Assembly (NCBI GenBank): GCA_040954595.2
Contig: CM082593.2
Location: forward strand, 5,535,434 to 5,599,433
Direction: 5' to 3'
DNA length: 64,000 nt
From: Balanoglossus misakiensis
Lineage: Eukaryota > Animalia > Hemichordata
Shown: piece by piece, positions 38,913 to 52,100 of the stretch
Layout: every line of letters starts with the position of its first letter
Numbering within the stretch: the stretch's first letter is position 1
Notes under the pieces: model-generated
Told to the model about the DNA's origin: nothing
What the model saw: only the letters and a program-made list of their open reading frames with translations
Database searches by the model: none
Translations under genes and position numbers: made by a program

Positions 38913-41347
38913 GGTGACCTCGCGACTTCGCCATGATATCAGACACTGATATAGAAGTATCTGCTTTGAAACAAGGTGCAATGTATGTAGGACGTACAGT
39001 ATAATAGCTACAGCTCACAGCGCGACGCCAACGACGGAAGTTGAGGAATTCTTTCAGATAAGAACGGGGAACATTGATACCCCGAAGACCGTACGTTTAT
39101 TTTCTCTCCAGCTAAAGGGCGTGTACAATATCGTTCTACAATTTCGACGACTCGTCTTGTGATCACACCATGGTCAAATATTTGTCGATTCTTAGTATGT
39201 CACAAAACAACGACCGAGCCGTGTTTAGTCCGATAATGTTCGGGCATGTATTTATCGACAACGCGACCCTCTTTGGTCGCATTATCTGTAGCACAGATGT
39301 AATTTTACGTACTTTTTATGAAAACCACATTTATATTTATCTTATTGTAATGTATTGTATTGTATATGAGAGGTAAATTGAGACAACCCACAGCACAGTG
39401 CACGATATCATAAATAATTTAGGCCTCGTGTTGCATTCTCGTGTTATTACTGTCTTGTCACTCAGATGTCGTGATCCTTTTGGGTAGATTTTGACCGTTG
39501 AAACAGCGCTCTGAATATTTCAGAGTCAATTATTTGCTGAAATCAACCTGGTCTAGGTTTACCCAGACTCCATCGTCAGACCCATCATACCATAAACGGC
39601 CGCCATCTTGGAATTTGAGAGCCTCGTTTTGGGCCTGGGTGACAAAGCTTGTCGTGTTTAGACGCCATTTTGATTTTAATATATTCAGTAAAGTTGAGAT
39701 GGTTTGATTTTGTAATAAAAATCGCAAGGTGACACTTGAGTGAAATACTTCCTTCCACTTTTACTTTTTTGTCGGGAATAGTACGCGATCTGACGCTGGC
39801 CTGCAACCGTGACCAGCTTATAGGCCTATGGCGCACAGTCAATGCAGAAATCCTGGATAGCATCCGAGATTCTCAAAAGTTCAAGCGTGCAGCGAATGTC
39901 GCATGTTTTAGACATCTCAGATGCAACGTACCAGATGTGATCACGCCGTTGACTGTATTAAAACTCTTCAAAAACTGTGCAGTTATTTGTGTTGGGACAC
40001 GAGGACAGCACAGAGAGAAGTTGACTGTGTCACACTTTCAAACATTTTTTTCACACTGAGTCTTATTGTCAAGACCAGAAATGTACAGTACACGAAAAAA
40101 ATTAAATTAATAAATTGCAAACATTGGGATGTTTACAACGTATCACTTTGTTTTGTTGCTACACAGAAAATGTGTATGGGATCTTGTGAAAGCAAGGAGC
40201 ATAATGCTTATATATTCTATTTAAATATTATATGGATTATAAAGTTGAAGTCAATGGGGAAAAAAACGTACCTTTCATCCGGTTGCAAGTATAGTGGTCA
40301 ACTCGACAGTTCTGAAAATCAAAGGCTCAACAGTGACCGGCTCCTGTGTCAGATTACTCCATACATGTGTTTTCGAAATTATCAGCGGTAGCCTCTGTAG
40401 ATGGCGCTATGCTGTTTTCTTGGGGGTCCTCGACGGGCAGGTCCTCGGGTGAGAAACAAACCCAGGCTGATTGGAACCCAAACCAGCGGTGAATGAAACA
40501 TAAGAGAGGGAGGTGGCTGGCCAACATACAGAACATTTCGGTCAAAGGTCCAAGTCATCAACTGCATCATAAACGCACAGAAAAAACGACAAATAGATGC
40601 ATGATCACATAATACAGACAACACGCGTGCACGATGCAGAGATGGAAGGTAATACTTATGTAAGACTGTAAATTAACATACCTCATTATGTAGGCCCTTT
40701 TGCAATTTGCATGTTAACTATACCTACACCTGTTTTCGAATATAACAGCCACAAGCACGTTTGGAGTGGGATGCCACTCTACAACTCTGACCCGTCTGAG
40801 GCTGTCTGTCTCACATTGGTGACAGCGGTGGGATTTTTTCAAGTGCATTGAACTGCTACTTACCTGAGGAAAATTGGGTGAAGTTTTCAAGAGAATTCGG
40901 ACAAGAAAAAATTCACCATTTTTTTCTGAAACCTCTCAAAATTACAAAAGTTTGACGTTTTCAGGTCGTAGAGGCCTAGGTATGGTTAAATTTTGGGAGA
41001 CGATTATCAAATTACGTGCAGACATATTATTTTTTTGGTGTATTTCCGCCGACCCATATACGAGGTCACACATTGTGACATACTTCTTTTGAGTACACGT
41101 ATATCCCTTCTCTCAGAGTTCATTATATGTAATCTGTGTTTGCGTTTTATGCGAGCGGGCTGTGAAGGAATGTCAACTTCCCCGAGTATAAATTTAGAAT
41201 TTACGTCATCGCGTGCAGACCGCCCCGAGAAGATAAGATAACTTCGAATGATGATATAGACCTATCTTGTTAGGAATACGGTGTCATTTTGTTATTCGCA
41301 CTAAATCAGTTCCTACACTGGATGGACTGGTCTAAAAATCTGTAAAA

Positions 41348-43746
41348 ATGGCGGAATTTGAACCAGACAGTTATCTTTTCACAGACTGCACGAGACAGAG
41401 AGTGAAAGGTAATAACCTTATTTGATATAACCTTCTTCTGTAACCTCTCAGTTGCAAAATTCGACGTTTTGTGTTTTTTTTTGTGAATACAACGTACAAC
41501 GTAAGCGGCCGACAGACTGTAAATGGCCCAGCGAGAGAAGGCGATTCCCCGACTTCTTTCTTCCTTTATAACAAATAGAAGAAATTGCAGAGGTTGTCTG
41601 CGTGTAAAACCAAAAACGGGAATTTGCTTGAAAAGTGCAATTTGGAACATAAATCCAACAATCAACCAATTAATAACAATAAACATGATACATACGTAGC
41701 ATGTTTTGAGAGCTGATCAAAATGCATTTTTCTACCCCTGTATATTATGTAGGACAATGCTAACTGTTCAGTACAAATGCGTTTCTTCTCAATCCCATTT
41801 CTTATAACGTTCTATTTACCACTTCCACTTCTCCGCCCAAGTGCGTACCGAAGAAATCCATTTGACGAGCAAAACAGACGACACTTTATTGGCCGGCGGA
41901 CTGCCGCGGCTTCTGGTCAAAATATGTTGTTCCGTCTTGGCAATGTTCCACTTCGGAAATCCCCGACTTTGCCTGAGATGCACCGAACAAAAGAATGCAC
42001 GAGAGCGACACAGACAGAGAGACTTCCGTGTGTCAGTCAGAAGAGGCCGTCAGCATACAAATTATGGTTCGATTAACGACGAGGATGGGGAGGACTCACC
42101 GCAGTCCCAGTGTGTGGTTTGTGAAGATTTGCGACCGAAAACGAAACTGCTCTGTACGTATACTTATTTTTTTTCGGATTCATTTTATAATCTTCATGAA
42201 TTATGAGTTCAGAAGAATTTGTTAAATATGTGAAGGAGATCGTCTCGTGGGACTATAGTTTTAATAGAAATATTGCTTTTACTTTCGATGACCTCATTTT
42301 ATAATCTCAAAGGTCATGTGTTCTTTTGTGAGGTTTCCATTACAGAGTTCAAGAAAAAGTTTATATTTATTGCCGACTAACACGCCGGGCCACGTGATGT
42401 TTGTCTTGTGTTACATGTCTTTTAAAGACATTGTCAATGTCATGGCTTACACATTTTGAAAGTGGAATGTAGAAATAAAGAAGAATGTATTCAGTTCCCT
42501 ATCAAAAAAACTGTAAGATTTGCAAGAGGAAAATACCAGAATCTTATTCTGTAACCAAATTTTATCTTCTTTTACAGTCGATTTGAAATCAAAGAATTCG
42601 CGGAAAGTCTGGTGTAGGATAATAACCGTTTGTCTGACCTCCTCGGCAATTCTCCAACCATGTCAAAGATTGTTTTTACGATGGGCTAAGGAGACGGAAA
42701 TCCTGTACCTGTTCTTCGTTTTATCTTTCATTATTCCGCCATTGCTGATCATCGTCTGTCGAGGTTTAGCAACCGTGGACTTCGCAAATGTCACCAAACC
42801 ATCGATAGACACGGGACCACTCAAAGCTCTGACAAACGACTACATACACGGCCTCCTAAATCGCACTGACGATAAATTCTTGCCAGTAAAGCGAGGAGTG
42901 TTGGCGACCGGGGTGTGTTACCATTTGTTTTTTCTGGTACATTTCTGTCTATACACTGGATTTCAGGTATCTACCATTGTCAACGCCGGTTGCCCCAAGT
43001 GCAGTGGTTGGAATTTGTACGGTTACATCGTGGATGTGGTGTTCGTTCTGGCATTTTGCGAGTTTTGGTACCTGATATATCTGCTGAGGTTGGCCCTGCA
43101 GTTAGAACTGAATTCGCTCTGTGATTTTGTGAAGTCCGACATCTCCATTGGAAGCAGGCAGCCAGGGAATGCGATTAGTGAAGTAGAAAATTGCGCACAA
43201 CGCGAAACTCAGGACAGTTCACGTGACCCCCTTTCAGACTCGGACGTTTACCGTCGAAGAATTATGGAGAGTTTTCTGGACTTTACAAGACTGAATAATT
43301 TGGTGATAATTTTGGTGACGGCTACAATTTCCGCTACCCTCTTTAAATGCTCCTGTCATTTATACTGGAACTTTCATGGCTTCTACGATGCAGGCGACGA
43401 TTCGGTTTTCCGCGTGCCCGCACTCTTATTAAATCTGACAATTTGGACCTCCATACTTATGTTTCTCATTCTACCTTTGGTTTCGGTCGGTTCGATCAAT
43501 ATCAGTTACATCTGGGACGATTTTGTCAACTATCTCGACTGTGAACTGGACAAAGGGGATAAAAGGTGGCTTGTGAAATTTGTTGAAAGGAAAAAATGCG
43601 GCCAAAGCAGCGCAGAAATCGCGATGATCGCTCTTACAGCCGTGGGCATCTTTGTTGCATTTTCCTTTCCCGTTGAACAGCACGGTAAATATTGGACTGA
43701 AAACAGCGTTTGCATATACAATGACACGCTTTCTCCATTGCATTGA
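41348..43746 (+). CDS. Uncharacterised 7-TM membrane protein, copy A (gustatory-receptor-like/7TM ion channel-like fold, inferred), ~513 aa
   Basis: Exons 41348-41408 (MAEFEPDSYLF.., AAAG|gtaata), 41842-42153 (CLRC..NYGSI..CVVCEDLRP), 42578-43746; both introns phase 1. Seven hydrophobic segments lie in exon 3. Paralogous to copy B in every exon. Confidence 0.85.
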
Positions 43747-43812
43747 ACATCGAATACGTCGTGAATATTAAAATCCATATAAAACCCTCTTTTTACAGCT
43801 ACCATGCATAGC

Positions 43813-43852
43813 CGTGGTTGTTACCGAAAAATCGTGGTTCTTACCGAAAAAT
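43813..43852. repeat. 20-bp tandem duplication in the 3'UTR of 7-TM copy A
   Basis: CGTGGTT(G/C)TTACCGAAAAAT occurs twice in tandem. Confidence 0.85.
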
Positions 43853-44315
43853 CGTTATACAGAAAACCCAGACTCAATTTGAACAGTATCATAACTAACA
43901 TTTGAATAACACCACGCTTCTGTTAGTTGCTTACTAGTTGTATTAGTATTATTATGTAATGGTCGAGGCAGCGACAATAAATAAGTTAACATATAACTTT
44001 CGATCTCGAATACTCTTTGACACTTTAAACGCGTGGCCGTATATAGGCAAAGACTCATTCATATTATGATGCTGATGTAGGAGTTTGTGCACCAAACCCG
44101 CGACAGAGGCTCTTGTATGAAGACAAAAACACGGAAAACACCACTGACAAAGATACACTGGCAAATGGGGGCGATATATTATCAAAGAAGAACACAAGAC
44201 TGTGTTTCAACCGTGTATGACCCAATTCCATATATGTCCATATACTTGGGTTGAATAGTTGAATAGACGGGAGGTTCACACGGACGGAGTCCACACACTG
44301 GCATTGTTGACTACT

Positions 44316-44325
44316 GTCACGTGAC
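44316..44325. promoter_or_regulatory. CLEAR/E-box palindrome GTCACGTGAC upstream of 7-TM copy B
   Basis: Exact CLEAR consensus (TFEB/MITF family site) about 170 nt before the ATG at 44493. Confidence 0.45.
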
Positions 44326-44492
44326 ACCCCTGAAAGGCGATCTGGGTGAAAACGTCATGGGGAATTTCGCTGACATCAATATATAAGACTTGCCGCCCAT
44401 TGGACCCGGCGGAAGTTTCACTTCAGTGTTTCGAGTTCCCTAAGCTTTCGTCGCGCTCCAACGCCCTATCGGACCGGAGAAAAAAAGTGGGA

Positions 44493-47394
44493 ATGGACGA
44501 ACCTCAACCGGATGGATATAATTTCACCACAAACGACAAGAGGCGAAAATTGAAAGGTAATATAACCTTATAAAATTTAAATTATTGTCTTCTGTTGCTA
44601 CCCATCTTTCCATTTGCCATCGCTTGTGGTTTTCTCTAACAGCATGCTCGCATAAGCAATCGACCAACCGATCGATCAATCAATCAATCAACCAACCAAT
44701 CAATCAATAAGTCAGTCAATCAATCCGTCAATTATTGCAACCAACCAACCAACCAACCAACCAACCAACCAACCAACCGATCAATCCAACAAACAAAACA
44801 CCATGATTAGTAGGAAACGATGCAAACTACAGAATTGTTATCTTTTGATCCCTCGCAACGTGAAAGACCACAGTGCTTCGGAACCCCTTGGCGGATGTAA
44901 ACACAATCGGTATACGTAATTTTACTCTGGCAACTTCTGCAAAAAGAGTTGTCGTTTTCTGAATTCGCCTTCATTCATCTTGGTGTTAACGTATTCTAAA
45001 TAAAGTGCTTTAGACACACAGCTGACTGGTCGGCACATTTCAATGACAATGTACATCACACAAATGCATGCTGTGTTGTCAAGTCGAATTCTGGGCATTT
45101 TGAGATGATCTATCAAGCACAGGAAGAAGTTAAACGTGGTCACATTCATTAAACAATATCACAAGTATCAGTTTTTGTCTCTGGAATGTAGGGAATTTCT
45201 TATTGAATTTATTTAATTTTGCAATTCACGTGTTTTCATTTATTATAAAGTCACCATCAAAGATGCAACCGAAGAAACGTATCTGAAGGAGAATCCGACA
45301 CAGCAGACAGTTGCGTTAGTTGGCGGACTGCCATGGCTTCTGGTCCGATTATCCCTATCGGCCCTGGCGATGTTTCACTTCGAAAACCCCCGGCTTTGTC
45401 TCAGATGTTCCCAAAAGAACGACCGCAGGAAAGGCAGAGTTGGTGATCTGGTCACAGTCAGAACCGAGAAATCGAAAAATTATGGATCGATCAAGAATTG
45501 GGACGATGACGACACCAAAAATCGCCACTGTGTCATATGTGAAGATTTACGACCGAAAACTGAACTGCTCTGTAAGTATAATTCATGTACACCACTAGAG
45601 TTCACTTAAATGCGTCAAAATCAATCTTTAGAGATTTTTAAACAGATTATTGAATTTGTGTAGACGATCTTTTCACGTTCGACAGACAATTTCATTAACC
45701 ACAGTATTATTTTTAATTCTAAATTTGTTTAGTTCGTCCTCTTTTTCTCGACCCAAAGGTCACATATGTTATTTCTTTCGATACTCAACTGCACTAAGCA
45801 TACATAGTTATTTCGTTCTCGTAAGCCAGGGTGTATTTACTCTGTTTTGCTTTGATTTATAAACACTTGAAACTCAACCCGCCATCGCCCTTGTTTGCAA
45901 ACTGGTGTCCTGGGCTGGCACAAGAATGCACTCACCGCTACCCAGGGACATTTTACAATCCGGTCATTTCCCACCCACGAGTTAGGGTTCGGGTAAGGTT
46001 TTAGCCTAAAAGGGTCGAGACCCGGCTTACCGAAAACACACAGCTTCTTCTAGACCCTGGAAATAGTTGTGCCGTGGTAAATATTATATTCTAGAACAGC
46101 TATTACATACATTTATACTTGTACGTGTCATTTTGTCATGTTTATTACCGAATGGATTATGAAATAAGCGATGGCTTGTCAAAGTTAAACTCTTTTCAGT
46201 AACCAAGTGATTTGTTCTTTTACAGACGATCTAAAATCAAAGAACGTACGGAAAGTCTTCTGTGGAATAGTCGCTTGTATCCTGACAGTTGCGTTCGTTC
46301 TCCACCCACTACTAAAAGTGTACTTTCGTTGGGCAAACCCAACAGAAATTCTATACCTTTTTTATTTCATAGCTTTCTTTACTCCGCCACTGTTGATCAT
46401 AGTCAGTCGAGGTTTAGCCATACTGGATCTCACCAAAGTAACAAAGCCATCGATAGACACGGGACCATTCAAAGCTCTGTCAAATGACTTCATACACGGC
46501 CTCTTAAATCGCACTAACGATAAATTCGTCCCCCTGAAGGGAAGTGTGCGTTTCTGGGGGCTGTTTTATAACGTTTGTGTCCTGGTGTATATCGGACTGT
46601 ACACTAGTTTCCAAGTCTCTGTCGTGTGGTCAGACTGTCCTGAGTATAACGGATGGGGCGTGTACGGATGCATCATGGATATGATGGGCGTTCTCGTATT
46701 TTCCGAGTTTTGGTACCTGGTATACCTCCTGCGATTGGCTCTGCAGCTAGAGTTGGATTCGCTCTGTGGGTTTGTTACATCTAACGTCTCCATGGGAACC
46801 ATACGCGAGGAAATGAATGAAAACAGGACGATCCAGGACGCAGACAAACGTTTAATGGCACAACAAGAAAGTCTACATGTCGACCAACCCGAAGGCGTTT
46901 ACCGACGAAGAATTATGGAGACTTTTCTGGACTTCACGAGACTGAATAATCTGGTGATATACTTGATCACAGTCACCATGTCCGCTACCATATTCAAAGG
47001 CTCTTGTCACCTATACTGGAACTTCCATGTTTTCCACACATACGACGAGACATTCCGTGTTCCCGCGCTTTTAATTAACCTGACTGTGTGGGATTCGATA
47101 CTTATGTTTTTGATCCTGCCCTTGGTTTCGGTCGGGTCTATCAACATTAACTACATCTGGGACGATTTTGTCAACTATCTGGACTATGAACTAGAAGAGG
47201 GCAAAAGGTGGCTCGTGGATTTCGCTGAAAAGAAAAAATGCGGTTCTAACAGCGCTGAGATTGCAATGCTCGCTCTGACTGCTGTCAGTATTTTTGTTGC
47301 TTTTTCTTTTCCAGTGGAGCAGTATGGGAAATATTGGACAGAAGATAGCATTTGCAAATACATTGTGTACAACGACACTATGTACCCTTTTTAG
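44493..47394 (+). CDS. Uncharacterised 7-TM membrane protein, copy B (tandem paralogue of 41348-43746), ~517 aa
   Basis: Exons 44493-44556 (MDEPQPDGYNF.., AAAG|gtaata), 45251 (or 45263)-45571, 46226-47394; same intron positions and phases as copy A. Shared blocks include TKPSIDTGP, HGLLNRT, LLRLALQLEL, YRRRIME.FLDFTRLNNLV, ILMFLILPLVSVGSINI.YIWDDFVNYLD and FVAFSFPVEQ.GKYWTE. Confidence 0.85.
44658..44786. repeat. (AATC)n/(AACC)n microsatellite
   Basis: Compound tetranucleotide tract in intron 1 of copy B. Confidence 0.9.
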
Positions 47395-47818
47395 TGAAAT
47401 ATACTTCACAATTCTCGATAACTTAAATAGATTTTGCTACCTGGGTTAGTGATAAAAATTTCATGTGGTCGACATACTTTAAAGATGGCGGAATTCAGCC
47501 ATGTTGAACAAATGGAAGTCCACAAGTGAGATTGATTTTGGGTCATACAGAAATTTTGCATAGCAGAAAATAGAACGATGTGAACTTACAAATCTGAATG
47601 AGTTCTGTGAGCTAACTATACTTTTTTTAGGTACAAAGAAGTGCTAGTAATGAAATTGTAGTGCTTTAACCCTTAGCATAAAGTAAGATATATTAAAAAA
47701 TACTGTCACTTTGGCGTTATCTATTATAATGATCACAAAATGACACGTTTTAGAAGCTGTGGAATTGTTTGTGTACACATACTTAATAAAGTCAGAGGAA
47801 TAGCGAGTCACGCAGATT

Positions 47819-47832
47819 CCGCCCTCTAGTGG
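47819..47832 (-). promoter_or_regulatory. CTCF-like motif between the 7-TM pair and FNIP
   Basis: Reverse complement CCACTAGAGGGCGG fits the CTCF core CCASYAGRKGGCRS. Confidence 0.4.
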
Positions 47833-47856
47833 TGACACTGTATTCTGCTAAGAGGC

Positions 47857-47943
<87 letters not shown>
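47857..47943. repeat. (GAT)n microsatellite
   Basis: Pure trinucleotide array. Confidence 0.97.
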
Positions 47944-47944
<1 letters not shown>

Positions 47945-49136
47945 CTTTAAAATTTGTCTCGTATTATACAAATGGTTGCATATACATGTACATGTATTCT
48001 GTGCCTGGGTATCTTGTTACTAACAATGCGTGGAGATTTTCCGTTTGCCACGGGGGCCTATATTTAACCAGTTTACTAGCAGGCTACCCTGTCTTGGGTC
48101 TGAAAGTGTCTGTCAGCGGAACACACAATGTACTTTGGCGTTGAGGGATAGCTTGGGTTAAACTTTTAATGTTGACGACAACACCGCAATACGATGAGCA
48201 TGACCTCGCCTAAAGTAGAAACTGTGGAAAGGTAATGGTATGGCTATTTTAAGTAATACCCTTGCTCTTTAGAATTGTTTTATTTTTCTGCGGGTGGAAG
48301 TGTTGACGCGCTTTCAGTCTGCAGATGATCTGACTATTCCCATTCAACTCTCCCTGTTAGATAAATGCCTAACAATGCAACAAACTTTTTTGCGTGCAAA
48401 ATTATTATTTTCGTCGTCACATTGTTTCCAAATCTGTTATATCCATGATAAACAGGAGGATCGTCGGCGCTGTACAGATGGGGATTTAATTGTTTTAATT
48501 ATTCGGAATTTACCTTTGGGTCAACTCACTTTCATCAAACCGTCGTGGCAGTATGGCTACTACACAAATTCCGATAAAATTATATAATGGGCCTGGGTCT
48601 AAGATTGATTAGGCTCAACATAATAATGTAGGCGTCGTTTTCTGTGCGACTTGCTTTAGTTTTGGACTGAAGACCAACACAGTTATCTTGCACAAACAAG
48701 GGATAAACATCTGCCCAGCAATGTGGGTCAAATATTAATGACGTTATAGATATGGACCCAAATTCACCCGCCCGCTATTTAATTAGTGAACGCTTCCTTA
48801 GAACACCTTGCACACGTACATATCTGCTAGAGTAGATAGGCGATCAGTCCCCTCCTGCAAGGTGTAAACAGTACTTCCAAAATAATCCAGCCGTTGTGAA
48901 AGAGGAACAGCGCATTTGTATCTACGTGGGCTTGGCCAAGTCATGTGCCTTACTACGTGACACATATACACGCGAAAAGCACATGACTATATCAGAATAT
49001 CAACATGCCTTGTTTGGCATTGTCCAATGGCAGCCCTTGTTTTATTGCATATATTGGTTGGAATGTTCGCTGACCAATCAAAAGGTAGTTTCTAAATATA
49101 GGGTTTCAGCAAGTCATATGATCGAGCACCAGAAAA

Positions 49137-52100
49137 ATGGCGCTGGTGAAGAAGATCTTTCAGCGTGAGAGAAAATTCGGTCGATCATCACCTTTTAGTA
49201 ACTCAAAGTCAGCGCAAAATTACCCGTAAGTACAGCTGTTATTGTTCTCCGTGGTTTGTCGTTTTCTTGAAAATTTGACAGTGATAACAACGTCCGTGAT
49301 CTCTTCTTTCAGATCGCCAGAAGCACTTGTTTCTGAGAAAAGGTAAGCGTAGCGATAATGACATTGTGTACAATGTATTTGTTGACATCTGTTTACGTAT
49401 CGGGTCTCCTAGCTTGTGATCGCGAAGATTTTGGTGGATTTTATATTTTTGCGAATCTGCGTATTTGTCAATAGTGTTCGTAACCCGACCTGTGTCTTTT
49501 CGCGAGTGATTGTCACACAAATGTTGATAAAGTTTGTATTTGTATGGTTTCGCGTCCAACGCGTCTGATTGAAATGTACCACGGTTGGTGCACCATACGT
49601 ACGATTTCCAGTTTAATTGAGGTAGATTGAAAATGACGTGAAAATCGTGTCATTGGCATTAGCTTTGACAAGTGGCAAATCAATTTTAGCGATCTCTTCA
49701 TTGGAATTGGGGATCGAACCCTCTCGACAGAGGCCAGTGACACCACTCCACCAGTAGCTATTTCCATACAATAGTCGCTGTGTATCTTTGTAATGTGCAA
49801 ACCTCGACACGGCCGATCGTGATTGTACAGCGCGTGATCATGGTTGACTAGCCAGCCCTGACTCACCAACCTTCCGCGATCGCGACTTGCCATGAACCTG
49901 TCATTAGCTGTCACCATGCTGATCGCTTTGAATTCTTGCGACCTTACCACGCTTACATAAACTCAACCCCCTTCTTACGTAACGCAACAGACTGAACAAT
50001 CAGATTTTGTCAATGAAACAAGTCTTGTGACCCAATCTATTTGGGCGTGACCCCTGGTCACATAAAAACAAACCCTTATTATCAGATTGAAAATAATGCC
50101 AAGTATTCACATACAACTCAGTGTCTAGTTAAATAAAATAAGTAGATATGGCATAGACAGTAAAAGTTAGATAGACAAGTTTTAAAGATTAGGAGACAAA
50201 CCAACTATTCACCTATCATAAGTTATGTGTATACTTTAAAACAAACAAAATGTCACTGGCACCTGTTAGGCTGATAGTTTTGTTAACATATGTTGGGTTG
50301 TTAATGCACTATCTGATAAAATAAATGTTGATTGCAATAGTTGTATTTCCATTTACACCCATGGTAACTTTCATGAGTCAGACAGATTCACTCCACGATG
50401 GAATACATAATTTGGGGTTGGGAATTTAAAAATCATGCTTGTCATGGAAATCTGTTGTGTGTGTTGGGGGGGGGGGGTATTGTCACCAGGAAGAAATAGA
50501 CCTATGAAATATGAGTAAATTGACTTGCCTGTTGATTTCATGGCGTTTTTATTCCGGTAATTGTGCATTTCCGTCATTGTCTGTATTCAACAGCTGGAAC
50601 GCTCCCGACTTCGACGCCAACCAGATCCGAGCGTTGGTGTTCATAGAGAATGGCCCTGAAGGAAGGAGGCTCATATTTGATTCTAAAGCCATCAAGAAAG
50701 TCAAGAGTGACGAGGTACGTCTCCTGGATTTCTTAATCCATTTTCAATCTTTCTGGGAATGATTCTGGCGAATTGGCCATTTCAAGATATACGAGTCTGC
50801 AAACGTTTCTGTTATTGAGTCCCATTATTGTGACTATCAGTCACATGATGCCAGCTTAGAACGTAAACAATAAAGACAGGATGAAAACACAGAAGGTCAT
50901 GCAAGGTCGCGCGAGTTCCCTTCAAAGGGCGGTGGTGCAGTCGCCATGGTGACTACGGTTCAAGGTCCATATTCTTATTGTACGCTGCTGCTACGCTAAA
51001 CAAGGCTGTTGTCCTGCTGTGAAAATGGTATTGAAAATATACAGGCCCCAGTGCTTTCAGTGAAACCCTTGGGAGTGTTGGAATTTTAAGACTGCCCCCG
51101 GAATGTCCTTGGAAGGAACTAGGGAAAATAAAAGCGACAGATGGGGGAAGTACTGGAAAATGGATTTTTTTATCTGATGTCAGTTAATATTCAAGTGGAA
51201 GGTTAAGTTTCATAAATATTTGGTGATATTAATTTCACAAAACTGCTAAAAACTTTGCACAAATTTAAAAAATATTGAGTAACCTTGTATGAACTCCTGA
51301 ATGTCTGCTCTTTTTTTATGAGAATTTATATTTTTCTCTTTTACAGAAGAAATGCGTCCTCAACAGATCAAATTTGTCAAGGTGCCACATTGCCCCGAGA
51401 GCAAAATCGGCACCGTGTCTGTCTGAAAGCACAAACTCCCAGCCACAGTATCAGGTGAGAACCCCGGCATATCATCAGACTCATTTTCGCATTGAGACCT
51501 CAGATGAATTAGAGGCCGTTAAGTTTTCAAACATATGGCAGAAAAGTTTGACGTGAGAAAATTATTTACGTGGCCTTCTGATCCACAGACATCTCATAAA
51601 TCTCACAAATTGCAGACAGTTGGGACATTCCCAGATCGGAAATTGTACTCACCCAGAAAATGTCTCAGCCAGTGATACGCAAAACATCCAACAGGCATCA
51701 AACTCAACCAGCTGTACACAAGAATATGCCATCTGGGTTCCGAAAAACTTTCTTGAAACTTTGGCTGGCTTCACCAAAAGTTTTGAACATCACAGTGATC
51801 TGTGAACAGATTCAAAGGTAGTTCAACATAGATCAAACACATACAGAACTTTTATTATTTTTTTGTCTTTTATTTTCAGTTTGGTCGGAGAAGTGGTGAC
51901 GTGACTATGTTAGAAGAAATGGTCTATGGATCACTTCCTATGTCAAGTAAAGGCACGACTGTTAAAGTGCATGTCATCAGGCAACCCCCGGAGTTGATGC
52001 TTAGTAAAGTCTTCACTGTCAAAAACCAGAGAGAGAGTCAAATGTAAGTATCTTCGCATTACTGTCCAAACTAAACACTGAGAATAATGATATGGACAGA

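Noticed and set aside
39498-40391. Cluster of ORFs up to 156 aa with GCCATCTTG motifs
   Set aside because: No transposase or reverse-transcriptase motifs; probably a degenerate non-coding repeat that I cannot classify.
45980-46005. Telomere-like TTAGGG fragment
   Set aside because: Only one perfect unit; not an interstitial telomere array.
49513-49950. 145-aa antisense ORF in FNIP intron 1
   Set aside because: Overlaps repeat/SINE-like remnants and shows no coding signature.
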